A stretch of 64,000 nt of DNA from an uncultured Acidobacteriota bacterium (GTDB lineage: Bacteria > Acidobacteriota > Blastocatellia > RBC074). The position numbers and the translations under genes are program-made. The stretch spans positions 1 through 64,000 of the forward strand of contig CAWCKY010000006.1 in the NCBI GenBank assembly GCA_963796275.1. Reading direction: 5' to 3'. Shown piece by piece: positions 51,532-62,304 of the stretch. Within the stretch, counting starts at the first letter, position 1; each line of letters opens with the position of its first letter. Below the pieces are notes generated by a model. That model made no database searches. It was not told the origin of the DNA and worked only from the letters and a program-made list of their open reading frames with translations.

Positions 51532-54190
51532 CTATTCGTGATGAAGAGCCTGGAGCGGATCGACCTTCGTCGCGCGGCGCGCCGGAATGTAGGTCGCGAT
51601 CAGGGCGACAGCCGACTAGGAGCAAGGCAATTAGTGCGAAGGTTGCCGGATCGGTAGCACTCACTTCGAAGAGCAGATTTTTCATGACGCGCGTCAGGGC
51701 GAGCGCCGCAGTCAAACCCAACACCACGCCGATTAGCGTCAAGCTCATTCCCCGCCAGACCACCATCCACAACACTTCGCTCGCCCGCGCCCCCAGGGCC
51801 ATGCGAATGCCGATCTCTTGCGTGCGCTGGCTGACGGCATACGAGATGACGCCGTAAATTCCGACCATCGCGATGACGAGCGCCAGGGCGGCGAAGAGGC
51901 CAAACAACCACGTTTGAAAACGGCGCGGCGCAGACGAATTGGCCAAGAGCTGTTCCATCGTCGCGTAGGCGAACCAGTGGTCTGCCTCAAGCGCCCTGAT
52001 TTGCTGCCGCACGGCAGTGGAGCCACTTCAACGGATCTGCCCGCTGTGCGTATCACCCATAGACCTCCTTGGGAAGCTTGCATCTTGGAAAGATGGGCGA
52101 TAAAACTCCGCTTGCGACTCAGCCTCCAACCCAAATACCGTTTCACATCAGCCACTACGCCAATGATGGTCATATCAGGTTTGCCGCTTTCGTCCCGTAT
52201 GCGCTTGCCGATAGGGTCTTCTCCCGTGAAGAGGCGACGCGCCAGCGTTTCGTTGATGACAATGACAGGTGGTGTGTTCTCAGTATCCAGCTCAGTGAAA
52301 CTATGTCCCGCACGGAACTTCATCTGCATAGCTCGAAAGTAATCAGGACTGACAGTGTGTTTTTCGGCCATTGGTGTTTTTTGTTCATCGGGGGACAGGT
52401 TGGCCGCCCACCGGCCGTCAACCGTGGCTTGCCGGTGATTCCAGTATCGATTAAAGCAGCGTCCGACTGTTTGCCACTGCTTGTACGCCAGGCAAAGCTC
52501 TGGAGGCGTGTCGAGCAACTCCTGGTTGAAACGCTCCGTTGCGCCGAGTCGAATGGGTATTTGACGGGGTTGATCGCTACATCCATGGTCAGCAAGTTTT
52601 CCGGGTTGTAACCTGGATCAACCGCATGCATGAGCGAGAAGTCTTGACGAGTAAACCCGCGCCGATGAGCACTACCAATGCCAACGCCAACTCGCTGATG
52701 ACCAGCACAGGCAAAAGCGCTTTTCCGTCTGAAAGGTTAGCTCGACGTAACGTGCGCGCCGACAATTTCTAGGCTCTCGTTGAAATCAACCCGCGAAGCC
52801 GGCAGCGCGGGGATGAGTCCTGCGCTGCCGCCGGTCAGCAAAGTAGCGAAGAAGGTGAAGCCGAGCACGGTTTTATCAATGCTGCTCAGTTTGAGCATCG
52901 ACAGACTCTCAGGGGGTTAAACGCGACCAGCACCTTGACGCCCCACAGCGCCAACAACAATCCGGCCGCTCCGCCCAAGGGCGGATAACAGAAAAGCTTT
53001 CGGTCAGCATTTGCCTGAATCAGCCGCTTGCGCCCAGCCCCCAGCGCCGCGCGAATCGCCAGTTCTTTCTGGCTGGCACACTGGGCGCGCGCAAGCAAAA
53101 GGTTCGCCACATTGGCGCAAGCGATCAGCAGGACAAACACCACTGCGCCGAAAAGCGCCAGCAACCCGCGCCGCAAATGGCCGACCAGCTTTTCGGCAAG
53201 AGGCATCACTCGGGCCTTTAAGCCGGCAAATTCCGGATAGGTTTGTATATAAGGCTGAAGAAGTAAGTCTAATTCAGACCGTGCTTGCTCAATAGAAACA
53301 CGGGGCTTGAGCCGTCCGAAAACAACATTCTCGATGATATATGGTTTCCGCGCGTCGATCGCGAGTGGAACCCAGATGTCGATCTTTCCTCCCGTTCGGC
53401 GTTCGGGGAGGAAGCGATAGCTGGGTGGCATCACGCCGATCACTGTCCATTTTTGGTTGTCAAAAGGAACTTCCTGACCGACTGCGGAAGGATTGCCTCC
53501 AAAGCGCCGCTGCCAGTAATCGTGGCTCAGCACGACCACACCTGGAGCGCCGGGCCGATCCTCTTCCGGGGTGAAGGCACGTCCCAGCTGAGGCTTGATG
53601 CCCAGCGCCGGAAATAAGCTGGCCGTTGCTTGAACGCGATTGATCTTCTCTGCATGTCCTTTCAGGGTGATCGTATCTACCTCGAAAGCGGCCAAATGCT
53701 CAAAAGTCTTCGACTGCGCCTGAAAGGTAAGAAACAGGTCAGTGCTGATAAGTTCGTCTCCGTGAAAAACATTGGTTACAAACCAGCGCTGTGATTCGGG
53801 GTAAGGCAGCGGGTTGAAGACTAACGCGTTCATACACTAAAGATCGCCGTGTTCGCGCCAATGCCCAGTGCCAGCGTGAGCACGATGACGATGGTGAAGC
53901 CGGGATTTTTTCTCAGCATCGCGCGCCATACGGCGAGATCTTGGAACAGCGTCTCGATCGACCTAATTCCACGCATTTCGCGATTGACCTCTTGTGAGCA
54001 AAGTGACATTTCGGAACTGGCGGCGTGAGGCCTGGGCGGCCTCGGCCTCACTCATCCCCGGACGAACATATCGCTCGGTCAGCAATTCGAGATGAGCCCG
54101 GATATCATCATCGAACTCCCGCTCGGCTCTTCGATCTCCGAAGGACCCTCGCAGTCTCGCCGCCAATGCGCGCAATAGTGGATGATCTCG
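51532..54190 (-). pseudogene. ADOP-type (MacB/FtsX duplicated) ABC permease, multiply frameshifted
   Basis: [45 protein letters not shown]. Confidence 0.88.
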
Positions 54191-54194
54191 ATTC

Positions 54195-56811
54195 CTATTT
54201 GTGGTGAAGAGCCTGAAGCGGATCGAGCTTGGTCGCTCTGCGTGCCGGAATGTAGCTGGCAGTGAGAGCCACGACCAAAAACATCAAGGAGATGAGGGCG
54301 AAGGTCGCCGGATGAGTCGCACTTATGTTGAATAGCAGACTCTTCATAACGCGGGTCAGGGCGAACGCCGCCGCCAATCCCAGCGCCACGCCGATCAACG
54401 CCAAGCTCATTCCCCGCCAGACCACCATCCCCATCACATCTTTCGCTTGAGCTCCCAGGGCCATCCGGATGCCGATTTCGTGCGTTCGCTGGCTGACGGC
54501 GTAGGAGATGACGACGTAAATTCAGACGTCGCGATGATCAACGCCAAAGCAGCGAATCCTGAACAGCCACACCTGGAAACGCCGTGGTGCATACGATTCG
54601 GCCAGGTTTGCTCCATCGTCATCAGTTGGAATATGTGCGTCCGCAGCGAGCTCCCGCACTTGCTGCCGGACGGCTGGACTCCATTTCAGTGGATCGCCGC
54701 CGTGCGTATAACCCATCTGTCACCCTCGGATTCACCATTTTGGAGTGACGAATGATAAATTTCTGCATGCGTTTCAGCCTCCATCTATATCGTTTCACAT
54801 CAGCAACCACACCGACGATAATCAATTCAGGGTTGCTGCCTTCAAGTCGTATTCGCTTGACAACGGGGTTTCTCCAACGATATAGCGGCGCGCCAGGGTA
54901 TCATTGATGACAACCACTGGCGGTGTGTTCTCAGTCTCCTGTTCGAGAAACCGCGCCCCGCGCGCATCCGCATCCCCAGGACTAGAAAATAGTCGGGACT
55001 GACATAGTGGCTTTCAGCCAAGGGCTTTTGTTCGTCCGGGACAAGCGGGAAGCCTACAATGGTCAACCGTTTCTGCCAATTATCCCGTCATCTGCCAGCG
55101 GCAAAGTCCTGCTGTTTGCCGCTCCCTGCACACCGGGCAGTGTGTTGAGGCGCGCGAGTAATTCCCGATGAAGCGCGGGTGCACCGAGTCTCTGGGTGCT
55201 GCCACCATGGTCAAGAAATTCTTGGATCATAGCCGGATCAACTGCGAGCAAGCGCAGAAAGCGTTGATTAGCAACCCGCGCCGATTAACAGTATCAGCGT
55301 CAACGCCAGTTCACCGACCAGAAAAACGGGCGAGATGCGCCGTGCATTTGCTGAAGGCCGCGCCGCGTCCTCTACCTTTTAAGCTTTCGTTGAGATCGAT
55401 TCGCGATGCCGTAGCGCGGGGACGAGTCCCGCTACGATCACGGTCAGCAAGACGCTGAGAAATGTGAATCCGAGCACTGAGGCATCAATCCGGCTCAGTT
55501 TGAATGGCGATAGATGATCAGGGCCCCGCGACCAACGCCTTGACTCTTGCTGGGCCAACAACAATCCGGCCGCGCCGCCGAATACGGATAACAACAGGCT
55601 CTCAGTCAGCATCTGCCTGACCAGGCGTCCGCGGCCGGCGCCCAGCGCGCGCGAATCGCCAGCTCTTGCAGGCGCCCACTGGCGCGCGCCAGCAAAAGAT
55701 TCGCCACGTTGGCGCAGGCGATCAATAAGACAATGCCGACCATACCAAACAGCGTCAGCAAACCGAGCCGCAGATGGCCAACCAGCCTTTCGGCAAGAGG
55801 CATCACGCCGGCCTTCATGCCGGCCATTTCCGGATGGGCTTGTATAGAAGGCTGAAGAAGTAAGTCGAATTCTGCCCGCGCTTGCTCGACGGAAGCGCCG
55901 GGCTTGCGCCGACAAAAACATTATCGAGGATTATATCCTCCCCTTTCTTCAACTCCCCCTGCAGGTTGATCGGATAAGGCTCCCAGACATCGACATTTCC
56001 ACCCAACCGGCTTTCCGGTAAGAAGGAAATCCCGGCGGCATCACGCCTAGAATCAAACGGCTGCCCCTGCCGAAAGGAACTGATCGACCGACTGACAGAA
56101 GGGTCGCCGCCAAAGCGCCGTTGCCAGAATTCGTGACTCAGGATCACTACCGGCGGGCCACCCGGTCGAGCTTCCTCCTGCGTGAAGGAGCGCCCCAACC
56201 ACGGCGCGACGCCGAGCGTCGGAAATAGACGGGCCGTCGCTTCCGCGAAATTGATCTCCTCTGGCCCGTCCTGCATCGTCAAAATCCTGGTATAACACCA
56301 AGAAAGCAGCCAGCCCGTCCAATGTCTTCGACTGCGCCTGATAAGTACGGTACTGGCTAACGCCGATGAATACGTATAGACGGAAAACGGTGGTGACCCA
56401 AACCAGCCGCTGTGATTCGGGGTAGGGCAGCGGGTTGAAGACTAACGCGTTCGTTACACTAAAGATCGCCGTGTTCGCCCCAATGCCCAGCGCCAATGTA
56501 ATCACGGCGACGACGGTGAACCCCGGATTTCTCCCCAGCATCCACAGGCCATACCGAACATCCTGAAAGAGTGTCTCAATAAATCTGATTCCACGCATCT
56601 CGCGATTCACCTCCTTCAGCAATGTCACATTTCCGAACTGGCGGCGCGCGGTCCGAGCGGCTTCTTTCTCGGTCAACCCCTGGCGAACGTATCGCTCGGC
56701 GAGTAGACGCAAATGCACCTCGATCTCGTCGTCGAGCTCTCGATCCGCTCTTCGATCTCCGAACAATCCTCGCAGTCTCGCCGCCAATGCGCGCAAATAG
56801 TGGATCATCAT
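54195..56811 (-). pseudogene. ADOP-type ABC permease, multiply frameshifted
   Basis: [51 protein letters not shown]. Confidence 0.88.
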
Positions 56812-57166
56812 TACCGTGGCCCTCCAGTCTCAACAGGCGCCCGATCACCCCGGATATCCTTTCCCGATTCTCCGTCTCTCTCGCGAGCCGTTTTCGGCCG
56901 CTCTTTGTGATCGAATAGTATTTCGCCTTGCGATTGTTTTCCGACACCCCTCACTCTGAAGCGATCGATCCTCGCTGCTGGAGCCTCAAGAGAGAGGTAT
57001 TGGCCATTCCTTCATTCAATTGCAGAACCTGCTCGCTCACTTGCTCGATCCGGCGGGCGATTCCATACCCATGCCGCAGCCCCAGAGCGACGAGAACTTT
57101 CAGGAGCATCAGGTCGAGCGTACCCTGTAGGACTTCCGATTTTCTATTCAGTTTTCCCTTGGACAT
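56810..57166 (-). CDS. PadR-family regulator (acidobacterial type); frameshift near 56950
   Basis: [22 protein letters not shown]; [13 protein letters not shown]. Confidence 0.88.
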
Positions 57167-57202
57167 GCCAAGGAAGATACTCCTCCCTCATTGGCATGTC
57201 CA
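57157..57202. promoter_or_regulatory. Candidate PadR operators over and upstream of the start codon
   Basis: CCTTGGACATGCCAAGG palindrome; 12-bp inverted repeat TGGACATGCCAA (57160-57171) / TTGGCATGTCCA (57191-57202). Confidence 0.55.
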
Positions 57203-57537
57203 TAGGTAGATAGCGGAAGGCTGTCAATCAATCAATCAGGCAAATCGGGATCTCGGTGACTTGGCATTGAGATGCCAGCTAAGAAGGGAAGGGAGTGCCA
57301 GACGGCGTTCCACAGTGTTTCACGACTCAAGTTTTCTGTCCCTGAGGCTACTCGAAACACCAATATTTTCCATCTTGGCCAACCGCGAACCATAGCTAGG
57401 CCATAACTCATCCCGGAGTAAACCTCGATCGTATGGGGCTTTCCTGCTCACGCAATTTTTGCGTGGACACAAACTCAATAGATTGCGGCTTTAAGATTTC
57501 TCTTTGGCGCGCACCAAAGTTTTACTGACAAATAATA

Positions 57538-57566
57538 TTGACATACTATTTTTAAAATAGTATAGC
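57538..57566 (+). promoter_or_regulatory. Sigma70-type promoter with a palindromic operator in the spacer
   Basis: TTGACA-17 nt-TATAGC; ATACTATTTT-T-AAAATAGTAT (57543-57563). Confidence 0.65.
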
Positions 57567-57595
57567 TAAGCATAGCATACTGGAGAGGGGAGTTT

Positions 57596-57940
57596 ATGAC
57601 AAGAAATCCTGAATATCGCGATCTGTTTCCGGGAGCGTTGGAAATGATGATTCTGCAATCGCTCCGGTCGAAGCCCATGCATGGCTATGCTCTGGCAAAA
57701 CACATCAAGCAAGTTTCGGAGGATCTGCTGCAAATCGAGGAAGGATATTTGTATCCGGCTTTGCAGCGGATGCTGAAGGCGGGATGGCTCGAGTCGGAAG
57801 TCGGTGTCTCTGCGAAGAATCGCCCGATTAGGATTTATCGCCTGACAGATGTGGGCCTCAAACATCTGGAACAGGAACTCTCCAGCTTCGAAAAAATGTT
57901 CGCCGGCATCATGCGCGTGCTCGCGGCTGTTGAATCTTAG
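57596..57940 (+). CDS. PadR-family regulator
   Basis: LFPGALEMMIL..MHGYALA..EEGYLYPALQRM. Confidence 0.9.
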   Translation: MTRNPEYRDLFPGALEMMILQSLRSKPMHGYALAKHIKQVSEDLLQIEEGYLYPALQRMLKAGWLESEVGVSAKNRPIRIYRLTDVGLKHLEQELSSFEKMFAGIMRVLAAVES

Positions 57941-57949
57941 GAGGTCTTT

Positions 57950-60150
57950 ATGGGATGGCTCAAACAAATCTTGTCCCGTAGCAGACGCTATAACGAGATT
58001 GCGGAGTTGATCAAGAGAGCATCTCGATGAAAAGATAGAAGATCTGATGGCAGACGGGCTGTAGCGGGAAGAGGCTACGTACAAAGCTCGTAGGGAATTT
58101 GGGAATGTCACGCTGATTGAGGAACGCAGCTGCGAAGTCTGGCAGTGGCGCAGGCTGGAAACACTTTTTCAAGACCTGCGCTTCGGCGTGTGAATGCTAC
58201 TGAAGAAACTAGGCTTCACACTGGTTGCAGTGATTACGCTCGCGCTGGGCATCGGCGCGAACACGGCGATTTTCAGTGTTGCCAACATAGTGCTCCTCAA
58301 TACATTTCCTTATCTCGATCATTCGCGAATTTATTACGTGTATCAAAATCTCCAGAAGATTGGCGTGCAAGGTTATTTCGGCGCGTAAGGAACAGGATTC
58401 ACAGAAATTGCACGGTGCGAATCTTTTGAACGGGTCGCAGCTGCAGAAGCAACCTTAAGCCGCAATCTCACGGCGGCTTGGAGCAGGAACGGATAACGGG
58501 CGCTAGGGTGTCTGCGGATTTCTTTCCACTGCTCGGCGTAAATACTTTGCTGGGACGCACGATCACGGCGGAAGATCAAGGTACTCGAGGCGAGCGGGTG
58601 CTGGTGATCAATCACAGCTTATGGCAGCGCCGGTTCGGAGGGAAACAGGAAGTAATAGGGCAAAAGGTATTACTCGATGATGAGCAGTACACGCTCGTAG
58701 GCGTGATGCCGCCACATTTCTTTTTAGAAGACCGGGAGGCATATTTCCCCTTCGAATTCAATCTCAATGATTCACGGCGTTTATATGTGGTGGCGCGACT
58801 TAAATACGGTGTTTCGCTGGAACAGGCAAACGCGGAGTTGGAAGTGATGGCTCGGAATCAGGAAAATGTTTATGGCAGCAATTATCAGGTGCTCATCGGT
58901 AGAACTGTTTATACTACAATCGATCAGAGAGGCCTTATTTGGTCAGATCAATCAGGTTTTAACTATATTACTCAGCGCAGTAGGACTGGTACTGCTTCTT
59001 GCCTGCGCGAATATCGCGAATCTCTTGCTGGCGCGAGCGACGGTGCGCACGCGCGAGATGGCTCTTCGCGTCACTTTGGGCGCAGGCCGTATACCGCATA
59101 GTACGCTAACTGGTTAAGGAGAGCATGGCGCTGGCGCTGTTGGGCGGCGCGGTGGGTGTGCTCCTGGCTTTCATTGGGGTTGACGCTATCGTTGCGATTC
59201 TCTCGCCTAACACAATTCGCGGAGAGCTTGATGTAAGTATCAACGGACCGGTTCTTTTCGGCGTCTTCATCGTATCGCTCATAAGTGCGCTGTTGTTCGG
59301 CCTGTGGCAGGCTCTCAGCTCATCTAAGCCAGATTTAAATAATGCTTTGAAGGAGGGCGGGCAAACCTCTGCCGGGTTGGGCTACGCGAGCGCGCGCAAC
59401 ATGTTGGTGGTCTTCCAGGTAGCGATTTCGTTGGTGCTGCTGGTGACCGCAGGGCTAATGGTGCGCAGCATAGGCAGGCTTTTGTTAGTGGATATGGGGT
59501 TTAACCCGAAAATGTGCTGACTATGCGGGTCAATATTACGCTCTCGAGAGCGGGGGGCGGCGATCGGAATATGGCTGTTTTACAACAATTGAGTGAGCGC
59601 ATCAGTACGGTAGCCGGTGTACAATCCGCCGGCCTCGCGAAGACTATGCGATTCATCGAATCACTGACTGCACGGATCACAGTAGAGGCTATAGGTGCGC
59701 AAGACGCACAAACAGAGAATGTTGATTCCGTACGATCAGTACGAACTATCTCCAGTTGATGGGTATTAGTCTGATCGAAGGGGAAGGTTTTACCGCAGAA
59801 GACAAGCAGGGGGCTCTCAACGTGGTAATAGTCAATCAAACGATGGCTCGACGATTCTGGCTAAATGAAAAGGCGGTGGGAAAGCGATTGAAAGGGGGGA
59901 AGCGAATTCTGCCGGTATATGGAGGACGGTCAAAGGGGTGGTAGCAGATTCAGGCCAAAGGTCACCGAGCGTCTCGATCAATCCGGAAGTATATCTCTCG
60001 CATCTACAGGATCAGACCTGTTGCCGCCGGATGAATCTGGTGATGCGCACAAATGTTGAACCTGCCGGCCTGATCGGTCAGATTAAGCGTGAAATACAAT
60101 GAGCGATTAAAGATCAACCGGTCTACCAGGTTATGACTATGGAGGAAGTG
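57950..60150 (+). pseudogene. ADOP-type ABC permease with in-frame stops, frameshifts and 3' truncation
   Basis: [49 protein letters not shown]. Confidence 0.85.
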
Positions 60151-60179
60151 AGCTGGAAGCGAAATAGACCGGCCTCTGG

Positions 60180-60360
60180 TCTACTGGCGGCTGGACGGCG
60201 TTGATGCTTAGCGCCGGATATGGCCGCGCGGAGGCTATGAAACAGTTGCTCGCCGGTTGCGCTGATGTCAACGCTAAAGATAGTGATGGATGGAGCGCGC
60301 TAATTGTAGCAGCACCGCACGGCTATATCGAAATGGGGAAACAGTTATTCGCGGTTGGCT
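60180..60360 (+). pseudogene. Ankyrin-repeat fragment
   Basis: GWTALMLSAGYG..LLAGCADVNAKDSDGWSALIVAA..G. Confidence 0.7.
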
Positions 60361-60403
60361 ACATGGTATGTTAGGCGCGGCGCCGGAACATGACTTCTTC
60401 TCT

Positions 60404-60688
60404 TTATTCCCTCAACTTTTTCGGCTCTGAGTTTATTCGCTCCAGCACATTGGGCTGCTCACCTTCAAAATGCCGGTAACGCTGCAAGTCCTCATCACTA
60501 AAATTGACAGCAAGTTGTAGATGCTGGCAGCGAGGGCAACCGTAGGCGCGGATACTGCGAGTGCCGACCCCGAACATACTTTTCCAGATGGAGACCGCTC
60601 CCAGCTTAAAGACAGTCGTGCCTCCGCCCGAAGTCTCCATCAGAGTACCTTCAACAAGCGCGGAACTACCACATGCTACACACTTCAT
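60404..60688 (-). CDS. Small zinc-finger-like hypothetical protein in a gene cassette
   Basis: MKCVACGS..GCPRCQH; GGAG RBS; flanked by attC-like sites. Confidence 0.7.
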   Translation of the reverse strand: MKCVACGSSALVEGTLMETSGGGTTVFKLGAVSIWKSMFGVGTRSIRAYGCPRCQHLQLAVNFSDEDLQRYRHFEGEQPNVLERINSEPKKLRE

Positions 60689-60787
60689 GCTCCAAACCCC
60701 CTTCAAGAAATAATAATTTTAGCCCGACGCTACGACGGCAATCCTAAGATTGCTTCCGAGACGTTTATTTGTAAATGACGGGATAGC

Positions 60788-60878
60788 GCCTAACGAATCC
60801 TGTTCACCGGACGCGGGTGGAACCTTGGAGGTCATGACCAAGCCTGTTGCGCGCGATCCGGTGCAACGTCTATTAGGC
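60788..60878 (-). mobile_element. attC-like integron cassette recombination site (91 bp)
   Basis: Minus strand GCCTAAT-5nt-TTGCACCGGA...TCCGGTGAA-CAGGATTC-GTTAGGC, with one extra base in the left L box. Confidence 0.7.
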
Positions 60879-60922
60879 GCGAACACTATAGACGGCGTGT
60901 TTGGCCGCGCCCTTTGACTCGC

Positions 60923-60937
60923 TGGCACGAGCCTTGC
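60923..60937 (+). promoter_or_regulatory. Sigma54 -24/-12 promoter consensus
   Basis: TGGCACGAGCCTTGC (GG-N10-GC). Confidence 0.5.
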
Positions 60938-61260
60938 GACTGGCTCGGACGACGACGTCGCTTTTCTCCCGTCGTACGATAGACAGTCTCACAACGTAAA
61001 CGCCGATTTGTCGGGAAGAGGGGGATGGGTAGATAGAAAGGATCCTATAAATAAGGCTTAAAACCCTCTCCTATAGATTGTCTATACGCCACGGATACGC
61101 CACGGATACGCCGGATGTTCCGTGGACGCCTGGTACGGAGGAGTTTCAAGCAGAGAAGAGCAGCGAGATGACAGCAGAGAAATAGAAATTCTGTGGACAC
61201 CGGCCGAAGGGCTGAACGACTAACTTATGGGATAGAATAGATCCGTTCGTTGTATATCTA

Positions 61261-61728
61261 ATGACGGATTCGATTTACACAATCTACACGATCGGGCACG
61301 GGCGACATCCGGCGGACTATTTTCTCAAGCTACTGCGGCATTATGAGATCGCATTTGTGTGTGACGTGCGCACGGCGGCGCGGTCGCGTTGGCCACAGTA
61401 CAATGGGTTGGTGCTGGCGGATGTGCTTAATCAGCACGGGATCGGCTATGAACACTTGCCCGAGTGTGGCGGCAAAGTCTTGGCGCCGCCGCCAGAATTG
61501 GCCAGCGGGCTGGACCGACTGATGGAACTCGCGGCTGAAATGACGACGGTGTTAATGTGTTCCGAGTCTCAGCCACTTACCCGTCATATACGCCAACCGA
61601 GAGCTAACTGCCACCGGGTCGGCCTGCTAGCTCCTCGGCTGCGGGCGCGTGGCGCACACATCATTCACATTCTGCCCAATGGAAAAAAACTGGAATTCGA
61701 TGAGTCGACGGTGCCTTCGATCTGGTAG
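61261..61728 (+). CDS. DUF488 domain protein
   Basis: IYTIGHG, DVR..SR, LMCSE..CHR motifs. Confidence 0.88.
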   Translation: MTDSIYTIYTIGHGRHPADYFLKLLRHYEIAFVCDVRTAARSRWPQYNGLVLADVLNQHGIGYEHLPECGGKVLAPPPELASGLDRLMELAAEMTTVLMCSESQPLTRHIRQPRANCHRVGLLAPRLRARGAHIIHILPNGKKLEFDESTVPSIW

Positions 61729-61901
61729 CAGGGCGATAGCGGAGTTGGTGATCACGAGATCAGCCCCTGAAGAGGCTGTATATCTAACTGTGCGGCGCGC
61801 TGGCCATCCGGTGACGGCTCAGCCGATCTTCGGCGAGATCATTCCCGAGCGTCAGAGTTATGTTCCAATGGAGTCAGCTTTCTATCGGTAATGGTTTAGG
61901 C

Positions 61902-62004
61902 TCTTTTTTTAGGGAAGCAAAAGGGGAATAAGCTGCAAAAAGAACGAAAAAGAAGCTCTTGCTATTTTGGCAACTTTCTGCCCATTTTGCCTCCCTAAAA
62001 AAGA
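61902..62004. repeat. Imperfect ~24-bp inverted repeat (terminator-like or MITE-like)
   Basis: TCTTTTTTTAGGGAAGCAAAAGGG / CCCATTTTGCCTCCCTAAAAAAGA. Confidence 0.6.
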
Positions 62005-62026
62005 ACGCCTCGTCGTCTTCCAGTTT

Positions 62027-62233
62027 TCAAGCACAGATACAAACGAGAAGATGTAGACTCCTGTAGTAACTGACACAGTGATAGCTGCCGGCGGCATGGT
62101 TCATATCTGCCCCTGAAGAAATCTCTACCAAGCCGGCAGGATTTTCCGGCAATGACCTTTGCTCGTCAGCACTCAAGCTCATACGATAGTCGTCGTCTTT
62201 CCAAGCGCGAATGATTTTGTCTGTTTCCAGCAT
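62027..62233 (-). CDS. lanA: Class II lanthipeptide precursor (mersacidin/lichenicidin-type leader)
   Basis: IIRAWKD..YR..LS......LP.NPAG.VE leader; ..DMNHAAG cleavage-like motif; Ser/Cys-containing core; AAGGAG RBS; 71 bp downstream of lanM. Confidence 0.88.
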   Translation of the reverse strand: MLETDKIIRAWKDDDYRMSLSADEQRSLPENPAGLVEISSGADMNHAAGSYHCVSYYRSLHLLVCICA

Positions 62234-62304
62234 AATTAAGCTCCTTTATTTTGTGTTGTTTATACTTTGACGGGCGATTCAGGTGAACACCCGTCAATCA
62301 AAAG

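Noticed and set aside
61909-62097. Second lanthipeptide precursor (62-aa Ser/Thr-rich ORF)
   Set aside because: Overlaps lanA in another frame and has no leader, RBS or Cys; relevant only as a possible frameshifted core
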